Below are positions 15,787-28,000 of a DNA stretch of 33,243 nt, one piece after another. The notes below the pieces were generated by a model. It was not told the origin of the DNA. It saw only the letters and a program-made list of their open reading frames with translations, and made no database searches. Position 1 is the first letter of the stretch. Each line of letters starts with the position of its first letter. Source of the stretch: Dehalococcoidia bacterium (GTDB lineage Bacteria > Chloroflexota > Dehalococcoidia > GIF9 > UBA5629); contig QYPU01000022.1 in NCBI GenBank assembly GCA_007280145.1, positions 1-33,243 on the forward strand. Reading direction: 5' to 3'. The translations under genes were made by a program, and so were the position numbers.

Positions 15787-17094
15787 TCACCCACCAGTAA
15801 ATAGACGGGGCAAGGTCAGGGATAACGCTGGGAAATAAGTGGTAAGAATTACCACTGGCAAGTGCCCAAAAATCATGAAGACTAAAGCGGGCTTAATATA
15901 CTCATTGAAGGGGACCTCCCCTATTCTCCCAGCGATATAAAGAAGAGGAGCTACCGGTGGTGTGACATTACCGAGGCCTATGTTAACGGCTACAATAGCC
16001 GCGAAGTGAAGGGGATCAATGCCGATCTCTTTTGCCACTGGCAGTAGGATAGCAGCAGCTAAAAGGGTGCCCGACCCATCATCCATAATCATCCCAATGA
16101 AAAGCAGCAAAATATTCAACATTGCCAGCAAAACATACTTATTTTCAGAGAAGCGCATCATGATGTTGGCTAAGTCTTTCGGCACTTCTGCCAACACTAA
16201 AATATGGCTCAACGTAACTAGAAAGAAGAATAAAGCCAGGGCACTACCGGTGAAAGAGGCTGCCTGGACTGTACTGTCTACCACGCCACCGAAGTTAGTG
16301 GTACGATACACGAGGAGCATTATCGGAATGCAGTAGATTATACCCACCGCTGCTGCTTCTGTTGGGGTGAAGACGCCTCCATAAATCCCGCCTAGAATAA
16401 TGATAGGCAGGAGAAGGATGAGAGACGCCCGTTTGCCAGTCGCACCTATGTTTTTGCTGTACTCTATGAAGGTATTCTTGGCAGGCGCTGCGATGGGCAT
16501 TCGGCGACACATCAGAGCGTTGATGATAAGGTAGGAACAGATGATCAAAAGGCCTGGTATGATTGTGGCCAAGAAGCAGAGCGAGATAGGCACTTGGCCT
16601 ACCAGACCGTATATTATCATGGGTAAGCTGGGGGGGATTAGCATAGCGATGAGACTGGAGCAAGCCACAATCCCTGTGGCATATCCTCTGGGATAGCCAT
16701 CTTGCGCCATGCGTGGCATTACAATAGGGCCAATGGCACCTATTGCAGCGAGAGCACTACCCGATATGGCCCCGAAAATACTGCATGTGAGCACGACTAC
16801 TGCACCAAGACTGCTCTTCGCTCGTCGTATTATCGACTGAACGAAGTCGATGAGCCTATCTGCCAAACCGCTTCGGCCCATGAGGTTACCGAGCAGGATG
16901 AAAAGCGGGAATGCCAATAACGTAAAGGACCCCAAAAATCGTAGGGCGTGAGGTGCGATCCAATCGAAGCCTAGGCCGTACCCGAATATCAGGATAATAC
17001 TGCCAATACCGAATGCGAAACCCACCGGCACCCTGATTATCATGAGCCCAATAGCCACGATTAGCCCTACAGCTAGAACGATAAATATAGACAC
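15787..17094 (-). CDS. dctM: TRAP transporter large permease subunit
   Basis: The protein is polytopic, with typical DctM blocks (LGNLMGRSGLADRLIDF and GIDPLHFAAIVAVNIGLGNVTPPVAPLLY). I chose GTG 17094, just after AGGAGG and the dctQ stop. The tracked ATG 17202 would overlap dctQ by 100 nt. Confidence 0.88.
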   Translation of the reverse strand: MSIFIVLAVGLIVAIGLMIIRVPVGFAFGIGSIILIFGYGLGFDWIAPHALRFLGSFTLLAFPLFILLGNLMGRSGLADRLIDFVQSIIRRAKSSLGAVVVLTCSIFGAISGSALAAIGAIGPIVMPRMAQDGYPRGYATGIVACSSLIAMLIPPSLPMIIYGLVGQVPISLCFLATIIPGLLIICSYLIINALMCRRMPIAAPAKNTFIEYSKNIGATGKRASLILLLPIIILGGIYGGVFTPTEAAAVGIIYCIPIMLLVYRTTNFGGVVDSTVQAASFTGSALALFFFLVTLSHILVLAEVPKDLANIMMRFSENKYVLLAMLNILLLFIGMIMDDGSGTLLAAAILLPVAKEIGIDPLHFAAIVAVNIGLGNVTPPVAPLLYIAGRIGEVPFNEYIKPALVFMIFGHLPVVILTTYFPALSLTLPRLFTGG

Positions 17095-17102
17095 ACATCC
17101 TC

Positions 17103-17597
17103 CTACGTCTTTTGCTGTAATATCCCCATTTTTTGCAACAACTCCACTAGGAAATGCAAAAACATTAATACAGAGCCAATGACTGAAGGAACTAGCACCC
17201 ACAGCCTAGAAAAATGATAAGTAGTAGTGATCTCTCTACGACCATAGACAAACAAACAGTACTTAGAAGTCAAGTACACAACCACGCCAGTCGCAACGAG
17301 GCTAAGCAATAATGCTAGCAGGTCACAAATCCTCAAGTCCCGTTGGTTTTTGGTAAGAACGGGGAGTATATCAACAGTTATATGGTTTCTATCGTATGTC
17401 GCGTAGCCAAGTCCTATAAAGTAGAGCCACATCGCTAGCAATATGCATAACTCTTCTATGCCGAAGATAGGAGATTGGAATACATAGCGTAGTACCACCT
17501 CGCTAAACATCAGTATAGTTATCAATAAGAATAGAAAGGTTAAGCATCCCTTGTAGATACCAACATAATAGCGTGAGAATTTGTCTGCCAACTCCAA
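17103..17597 (-). CDS. dctQ: TRAP transporter small permease subunit
   Basis: 164 aa with four TM segments. Its position between dctP and dctM, and the segment VVLRYVFQSPIFGIEEL, are typical of DctQ. Confidence 0.8.
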   Translation of the reverse strand: MELADKFSRYYVGIYKGCLTFLFLLITILMFSEVVLRYVFQSPIFGIEELCILLAMWLYFIGLGYATYDRNHITVDILPVLTKNQRDLRICDLLALLLSLVATGVVVYLTSKYCLFVYGRREITTTYHFSRLWVLVPSVIGSVLMFLHFLVELLQKMGILQQKT

Positions 17598-17674
17598 TCC
17601 TCCGAGAATCGCCCTAGTTAGAGGTCACTATGGGACGCAACACCTGAAGCTTACTTGTAGCCCCCACACATATT

Positions 17675-18727
17675 CTAAGAACCATTGGAGACGTGTGCCC
17701 TTACGAAGTCCATTAGTTCTTTACCAATCAACTTTTCTACAACTGGAAATTCTCCAGCACGTGATCTTGAAACAAAAACTTGTAGCTCCGCTGGTGTTAG
17801 GTGAATTACCTCTATACCCTTCGTTTCTAGCTCTTTCTCCATTTGGCCCTCTCTTTTCTCAGCTTCTCGCCAAGAGTAGTCAGCCATTTCGGTGGCACAA
17901 TTCAAGAGTATTTCTTGGGTTTCCTTGTCTAGTGAGTTCCACAGAGGAAGGTTGATAGTGAAAGGCTGTATCTCGAAATGGTCATACGTCAGAATGGCAT
18001 AGTCTATTACATCATAGTACTGTTTGTTCATCAGCTCTAAGTCGAGCCCGTCTGTATTGTCGATAACGCCGAGTTGCAGGGATGTATATAGTTCACCGTA
18101 CGGTATCGGAGTAACAATAAAGCCCATACCCTTAGCCCCTGCCTCATAATTGGCTGCGGTGGGGACTCTCAGCTTTATTGTGGAGGCTTCCTCCGGTGTG
18201 CGAAATGGCTTCTTTCCACATATGTGGGTGAATCCCAAAGGACGCAGGGCTAATACCTTCTCATCAGTATCCTCCATAATCCCGGAGAACTTAACAGTAA
18301 GCCAACCTTCCTCTCCAAATCCTCCATAGGCTTGTCTAGCTTCATCCCAGGTTGATACTACATAACCCGTGTAGGCTATCGCTGCTCGTATATCCGCAAA
18401 AGGATTGCATGGTCCAGCCGTCATGTCTAGTGTACCCATTGAGACAGCTTCATGCATTGCCGCATAGTCCCCAAGTTGGCCCGCTGGGAAAAAATTTATC
18501 TTGATTTTGCCATGTGACTTCTTGTCAACACATCCGATGAACAATTCGCAAGCCTCATATTGCACTGTGCCCTCAGCGTCTATTGAACCAAGCTCGAAAG
18601 TATATGTAGGCTCGGTTACCGGCGTTGCTTTCCCACACCCGCTGATAGTAACAATTAAGATTATCGGTAGCGTAAGAACACTGAAAACCAACAGCCGCCT
18701 TTTGATTGATTTATGCTTAATAACCAT
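17675..18727 (-). CDS. dctP: TRAP transporter solute-binding protein, lipoprotein-anchored
   Basis: 350 aa. It has a signal peptide with lipobox TISGC. The length is DctP-like, and it sits next to dctQM. Confidence 0.8.
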   Translation of the reverse strand: MVIKHKSIKRRLLVFSVLTLPIILIVTISGCGKATPVTEPTYTFELGSIDAEGTVQYEACELFIGCVDKKSHGKIKINFFPAGQLGDYAAMHEAVSMGTLDMTAGPCNPFADIRAAIAYTGYVVSTWDEARQAYGGFGEEGWLTVKFSGIMEDTDEKVLALRPLGFTHICGKKPFRTPEEASTIKLRVPTAANYEAGAKGMGFIVTPIPYGELYTSLQLGVIDNTDGLDLELMNKQYYDVIDYAILTYDHFEIQPFTINLPLWNSLDKETQEILLNCATEMADYSWREAEKREGQMEKELETKGIEVIHLTPAELQVFVSRSRAGEFPVVEKLIGKELMDFVRAHVSNGS

Positions 18728-18755
18728 CTTAATACCCCCTTTAATTCAATTCGGG

Positions 18756-19790
18756 CTAAATCACCCTGATTCTAGTACCTATGCCACGTTCTTTTGCTCT
18801 CTTGTATATCTCATTAGCCAGCATTAAGTCGTGAGCTCCCATTCCTATATGTGTATAGACGATGCGTTCCTGCTCGTTTTCACGTCCCGGTTTTGCTCCT
18901 GTAACGATCTCTCCCATATCACCGTACACATCATCCCTGGAAAGCTCCATGGGGACCTTGCCATCTCCACGGAGGTCTATAAGATGATGCCCGTCGGAAC
19001 TCATGTCACCGAGAACCCACTTATCAGCTTTTTTGCTGAGCATAGGATCGAGATCTAAAAAGCCCATCAGACCTGACACAAAACAACCCGGTGAGATCCA
19101 TGGCTCGAGCACAACGGGCTTTTGTGCAGTAGTGATGATACAGACAATATCAGCTTCCTCAACTGCTTCTTTAGCCGACTTCGTTGAGATTATCTCTAAC
19201 GGTAGAGACTCTGCATCCTGTTTGAATTTAGCTACAGCCTCTGGTTTAATGTCGTATACTTTGGCTACCTTAAGAGGGAACAGTTCATTGAAAGCTGCCA
19301 AATGGGGAATGGCTTCTAGTCCGCACCCGATTAAAGCTATTGTCTGAGAGTTCTTTTTGGCAAGGTATTTTGCTGCGATTGCTGAATGCCCGGCGGTTCT
19401 CAGAACCGTAATTAGTCCGCCGTCGAGTAGGGCGAAGGGTTTGCCAGTTTCCTTAGGGTCACACAAGAGAACGAGAGCGTAACCTAGGGGCTGACCGGGA
19501 GCACGATTGGCAAAATCGCTACCATACTTAATTCCGGCAACATTTATGGTTTTGATAAAGCCTGGCATGGCGACGAAAAAGTTTAAGTTGTCAGGAGGAT
19601 CTATAAAAGAGAACTCTTTTTGAGGCTGAACGACTTGCCCCATTCCACACGCTTTGTAGGTCATATCTTCTAAATCAATGACATCGTTCCAAGAAACCAG
19701 GCCTAGCATGTCTGATCGATTGAGAACTAAAACCTCTACTTGTATGTCAGCTCCTTCACCCCAAATCTCGCTTACTTCTTCTTTGCTCAT
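18756..19790 (-). CDS. Ornithine cyclodeaminase / mu-crystallin family NAD(P) enzyme
   Basis: 344 aa. The Rossmann motif is TIALIGCGLEAIPHLAAF and the N-terminal dimerisation region is typical of the OCD_Mu_crystall family. The RBS is TAGGAGTG. Confidence 0.75.
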   Translation of the reverse strand: MSKEEVSEIWGEGADIQVEVLVLNRSDMLGLVSWNDVIDLEDMTYKACGMGQVVQPQKEFSFIDPPDNLNFFVAMPGFIKTINVAGIKYGSDFANRAPGQPLGYALVLLCDPKETGKPFALLDGGLITVLRTAGHSAIAAKYLAKKNSQTIALIGCGLEAIPHLAAFNELFPLKVAKVYDIKPEAVAKFKQDAESLPLEIISTKSAKEAVEEADIVCIITTAQKPVVLEPWISPGCFVSGLMGFLDLDPMLSKKADKWVLGDMSSDGHHLIDLRGDGKVPMELSRDDVYGDMGEIVTGAKPGRENEQERIVYTHIGMGAHDLMLANEIYKRAKERGIGTRIRVI

Positions 19791-19952
19791 TTGTTAAACA
19801 CTCCTATTTAATGATTTTCTGCTGTGACATGATTCACTGGATATTATGTCTAGTCTAAAAATCAACCAAAAGACATCACCTCCTTCATTCCTAGCGCCTT
19901 AACTGTTTGTTGTCCCTTGATGGCTATCACCCCCCTCGGTACTTCTTATGGC

Positions 19953-19980
19953 GGTGTTCTACAGTACAGAACACCGTTCT
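19953..19980 (-). promoter_or_regulatory. Operator-like palindrome at the predicted transcription start of the OCD-TRAP-opine DH operon
   Basis: GGTGTTCT-ACAGTAC-AGAACACC has perfect 8-bp arms. A third half-site, GTTCT (19976-19980), follows. The element begins 6-7 nt downstream of the -10 hexamer. Confidence 0.5.
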
Positions 19981-19986
19981 GTGGTA

Positions 19987-20015
19987 ATAATAGCAAAAAA
20001 AAAATACCTTGTCAA
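19987..20015 (-). promoter_or_regulatory. Promoter of the OCD-TRAP-opine DH operon
   Basis: On the minus strand: TTGACA (20010-20015), a 17-nt spacer containing T10 (19995-20004), then TATTAT (19987-19992). Confidence 0.55.
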
Positions 20016-20186
20016 TCCCTCTTAACCGCTTAATAGAAAGGTCTTTCAGGGAAGTGCGGCGCCGCGTACGCCCTATGAGTTGTTTTACTAATTACCGGAG
20101 CGTCGACCAGATTATTTACGGAGTCATCAGCCATATCAATCATGGAAGAAAAAACCCTTAACTGAATTTACACAAAAAACTTAACG

Positions 20187-21011
20187 CTACCTAACCGCTT
20201 TAGCAAGTACATCCTGGTAACCTAAATTGACTGAGATTATATCGGCTCCTCTCCAAACACGTTCAATTAATTCTAGGTATCTCTCAGGTGGACAACGGTC
20301 AACAGAGCTGGTAATGCTTAACGAGGCAACAACGACACTATTATAATCACGGATTGGAGCAGCAATGCAGACAATGCCACTAAGCGTCTCCTCCTCATCA
20401 AGAGCATAACCCTGATGATAGACTTTGTTAAGAACATTCTCCAGCTCGGTCGGGTCTGTTATGGTACTCGCGGTGTACTTAGCCAATTTTGTTTCTCGAA
20501 CGATGCGGTTCACCACTTCCTTAGGTGAATACGCTAAGAGAACCTTGCCTGCTGCTGTAGAGTGAAGGGGCAGGGCCCAGCCTATCCTGGGCACAACGAG
20601 AAATGGGGCAGAGGGCTCTATCCTATCGATAATTAAGGCCTGGTCGCCAGCAAAAATGGACAGATGGACTATCTCACCCAACTCCTCTGAAAGCTGTTGT
20701 ATATATCGACGGGCTACAATTCTTAAATCTCTACCCTTTACCCATCGCATTCCTAGTTGGTATGCTTTTAGCCCTAGTCGATATTTGCTATTTTCAGGGT
20801 TTTGCTCAATAAGTCCTTTGTCTTTTAAGGTTTGAAGCAAACTGTGGACTGTGCTTTTTGCCAAGTTTAAGCTTTGGCTAAGCTCGGTAATTCCCACCTC
20901 ATCGTAGCTAACGAAAGACAACAAGATATCCAAAGCTCTGACCACGGACCGATTAGCATTTCTAAGTGCAATTTTCCTTGTCATCCCTAATCTACTTGCA
21001 AAATAAGTCAC
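20187..21011 (-). CDS. IclR-family transcriptional regulator
   Basis: It has an N-terminal wHTH (VVRALDILLSFVSYDEVGITELSQSLNLAKSTVHSLLQTLKDKGLIEQ) and a C-terminal effector domain (GKVLLAY...YALDEEETLSGIVCIAAPI). The start is uncertain: GTG 21011 or ATG 20984. Confidence 0.88.
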   Translation of the reverse strand: MTYFASRLGMTRKIALRNANRSVVRALDILLSFVSYDEVGITELSQSLNLAKSTVHSLLQTLKDKGLIEQNPENSKYRLGLKAYQLGMRWVKGRDLRIVARRYIQQLSEELGEIVHLSIFAGDQALIIDRIEPSAPFLVVPRIGWALPLHSTAAGKVLLAYSPKEVVNRIVRETKLAKYTASTITDPTELENVLNKVYHQGYALDEEETLSGIVCIAAPIRDYNSVVVASLSITSSVDRCPPERYLELIERVWRGADIISVNLGYQDVLAKAVR

Positions 21012-21029
21012 ATTTAACTTGTTTCCCTA

Positions 21030-21045
21030 AACCCACTTGTGGGTT
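21030..21045. promoter_or_regulatory. Perfect inverted repeat in the iclR 5' leader
   Basis: AACCCAC-TT-GTGGGTT, about 30-45 nt downstream of the predicted iclR transcription start. It is a candidate autoregulatory site or an RNA hairpin. Confidence 0.3.
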
Positions 21046-21081
21046 GCCTTCAGGGGTTGTTCATTTTTCCCTTAAAGCAAA

Positions 21082-21110
21082 ATTATAATACTACTGCGTC
21101 CTCCCGTCAA
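21082..21110 (-). promoter_or_regulatory. iclR promoter
   Basis: On the minus strand: TTGACG (21105-21110), a 17-nt spacer, then TATAAT (21082-21087). Confidence 0.55.
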
Positions 21111-21146
21111 GCACCAGCCAAGCATTACCTGTATGAAGTCACTAGA

Positions 21147-21184
21147 GGACATTTCTAATGAGTTAAAGTAGGGGACATTTCTAA
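21147..21184 (+). repeat. Two copies of the 12-bp direct repeat GGACATTTCTAA, 26 bp apart, between the divergent iclR and rpoB promoters
   Basis: Exact copies lie at 21147-21158 and 21173-21184. Confidence 0.6.
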
Positions 21185-21214
21185 AGAGTCTTGACAAAAT
21201 CTCAATTCGACCTC

Positions 21215-21243
21215 TTGACAAGGAATAAATTTGGTGTTATAAT
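21215..21243 (+). promoter_or_regulatory. rpoBC promoter
   Basis: TTGACA (21215-21220), a 17-nt spacer, then TATAAT (21238-21243). A second TTGACA lies at 21191-21196. Confidence 0.6.
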
Positions 21244-21382
21244 TCTTGTTTACGGTATGGAAATGCCTTGTTAGCTTTTACTTATAGCTTCCCCAGTTGC
21301 AAGTTATAACCGCAGTTTATTTCTTGATTAAGATAGTGCAACTGCTGGGGTATTTCTCCCTAACTGTTAAGCGGTAAAACGT

Positions 21383-25051
<3,669 letters not shown>

Positions 25052-25060
25052 GGGAAAAAG

Positions 25061-28000
25061 ATGATTGAGGTTAATGATTTTAATGCCATCCGTATTTCGC
25101 TTGCTTCACCAGAGCAGATTAGAAGCTGGTCTTATGGCGAGGTAACTGAGCCGGAAACAATCAATTATCGAACCCTAAGGCCAGAAAAGGACGGGCTTTT
25201 TTGTGAAAGGATCTTTGGGCCAACCAAAAATTACGAATGTTATTGTGGAAAGTATAAAAAGATACGCTATCGGGGCGTTACCTGTGATAGATGTGGAGTT
25301 ACGGTAGAGCATTCTAGAGTACGCCGGACGCGTATGGGCCATATCGAGTTGGCTACTCCTGTAGCTCATATTTGGTATGCTAAAGGAGTGCCCAGTCGAC
25401 TAGCGTTGCTTCTTGATATTTCTCCCCGGAACTTAGAGCGAGTCCTTTACTTCGCACGGTATATTATTATTTCGGTTGATGAAGCAGCGCGCCAGGGGAT
25501 AATTAAGCAACTTAAAGATAAGCTCTCTGAGCAAACTGCCGAACGAGAGCAGGTGATGGAGAATCAAGTTGCGGAGGTGGAAGCGGAAGCCCAATCGCAT
25601 CTGAAGCAGGAGACTTTGGAGAGAGCAAATGAATTGAGGCGCGGGTTCCTTGATGAAAAAGCTGGGCTTCGGGATGAAATACAGGCGAAGATAGCAGCTA
25701 TAGAAGACATCCAGCCACGAAGGCTTATTAGTGAGAGTCAATACCGAGAATTTAGACGGGGATACGGCGATTTTTTTGAAGCTGGCATGGGGGCTGAAGC
25801 TATTTTACGCATTCTCCAGGATAAGGATATTGATCCTGAGAAGCTACGCCGTGAACTTATTGAAGAGGTTCGATCCAGTTCAGGGCAACGTCGCAAGAAA
25901 GCTAGCAAGCGATTGCGGGTAGTTGAGGCTTTTTGGCGCAGTGGCAATAAGCCTGAGTGGATGATAGTGACTGTGCTTCCAGTGTTACCTCCAGAGCTTC
26001 GCCCTATAGTCCAATTGGACGGCGGCCGATTTGCTACCAGTGATCTTAACGACCTTTACCGACGGGTAATTAATCGCAATAATCGCCTCCGCCGGCTAAT
26101 CGATTTGGGAGCTCCGGAGATTATCATCTGCAATGAGAAACGTATGCTCCAAGAGGCTGTTGATTCGCTTATTGACAATGGGCGAAAGGGACGAGTGCCT
26201 ACAGTTGGTAGCAACCGTAAATTAAAATCACTGTCTGATATGCTTAGGGGCAAGCAAGGTCGTTTTCGCCAAAACCTTTTAGGGAAGCGAGTCGACTATA
26301 GTGGTCGTTCAGTTATTGTTGTTGGGCCTGAATTGAAACTCCACCAGTGTGGCCTGCCTAAGCATATGGCCCTGGAACTGTTCAAGCCTTTTGTTATGCA
26401 TCGCCTGATCGAGCAAGGTTATGCTCATAATATCAAGAGTGCTCGAAGACAGGTGGAGAGAGCTAGACCCGAGGTGTGGGATATTCTGGCAGAGGTGGTT
26501 AAAGAACGTCCGGTGTTACTTAACCGTGCGCCGACATTGCACCGACTAAGTATTCAGGCTTTTGAGCCTGTGCTTATTGATGGCAGTGCCATCCAATTTC
26601 ATCCTTTAGCATGTACTGCTTTTAATGCTGACTTTGATGGCGACCAAATGGCAGTTCATGTACCGCTTTCCCGGGCAGCGGTGAGAGAAGCCAGAGAACA
26701 AATGATTAGCACCCATAACATGTTACTGCCGAGTTGTGGTGAGCCGGTGATGACACCCACCTTGGATATTGTTCTGGGTTGTTATTATCTTACTAATATC
26801 AGGCCTAAGGCTAAGGGCGAAGGGCTGCTTTTCAGTGATTTTGAAGAGGCTAAGCTGGCCTATGAGTTGGGAGTTGTCAGCTTAGATGCTGAAATAGAGG
26901 TGAGAGCTGAGGATGTGGGTGCGCAGAGATTAAAGACTAGCGTTGGTCGGATTTTATTTAACGATGTTTTACCTCCTGAGTTTCGATTTTGTAATCAAAC
27001 GATGGGCAAAGCTGATTTGAAGCGTTTAGTGTCAGACTGCCACCGTTTGTTAGGGGATGCTTCTGTTGCTGTTATGCTTGACAATCTTAAGCAGCTAGGC
27101 TTTGAGTATGCTACCAAGTCGGGTACCACTATTGCTTCAAGTGATGTTGAGGTGCCCCGAAATAAAGCAAAGCTGCTTGAAGAAGGCGATGAGAAAGTCG
27201 CGGTTATTGAAAGCCAGTTTAAGCGGGGGCTAATCACCGACGACGAGCGCTATAACAGTGTTATTCAAGTTTGGACAGAGACTACAGATAAAATTACAGA
27301 GACTATTTCTCAATCGTTAGACCGCTATGGTGGACTCTATATGATGGCAACCTCGGGAGCGAAAGGAAATATTTCGCAGATTAGGCAAATGGCTGGTATG
27401 CGAGGTTTAATGACCGATCCGTCAGGGAGGATAATTGAGTTCCCTATTAAATCGAGCCTTCGCGAAGGACTCTCCGTAATGGAGTATTTCATGTCCACTC
27501 ATGGTGCTCGTAAGGGATTGGCTGATACTGCTTTGAGGACTTCAGATGCTGGTTATCTTACCCGCCGCCTTGTTGATGTGGCTCAAGATTTGATTATATC
27601 TCAAGAAGATTGTGGCACCGAAGAGGGTATTTGGCTGTTTGAGAAGGGGGAGAAGGGATTGTTAGCGTCCCTCTATGATCGTTTGGTTGGTCGTTTAGCT
27701 GCAGCCGACATTAGCGATCCAGCCACTGGTGAGCTCATTGTCTGTAGAAATGAAGAGATTGATGAGGAAAAGGCGAGGCGGATTACCGAGGCTGGCGTTA
27801 CCCAAGTATATGTGAGGTCGCCCCTTTGTTGTCATTCCCGACGGGGCATCTGCCAATACTGTTACGGACGTGACCTTGCTAGAAGAGGGTTAATACAACC
27901 TAGTGTTGCTGTAGGTATTATTGCTGCTCAAAGTATTGGAGAGCCGGGCACTCAGCTAACATTGCGCACTTTCCATACAGGTGGTGTGGCTGGGCTTGAT

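Noticed and set aside
16295-17098. Alternative-frame minus-strand ORFs (122 aa and 70 aa) and plus-strand ORFs within dctM
   Set aside because: They are embedded in the dctM coding region. Their translations are His/Arg/Pro-rich and not protein-like, whereas the dctM frame gives a canonical polytopic permease.
19862-19890. Mini-ORFs after the strong AGGAGGTG in the OCD leader (MKEVMSFG and MSFG)
   Set aside because: They are only 4-8 codons long, the SD-to-ATG spacing is essentially zero for the inner ATG, and there is no regulatory-codon enrichment. I treat the element as a possible decoy SD or structure, not a leader peptide.
19968-19980. AGAAC-ACC-GTTCT as a LexA/SOS box upstream of the OCD operon
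   Set aside because: The half-sites resemble the Cheo box, but the spacer is 3 nt instead of 4. The sequence is also part of a larger 8-bp-arm palindrome with N7 spacing. A dedicated regulator, probably the IclR protein, is the more plausible binder.
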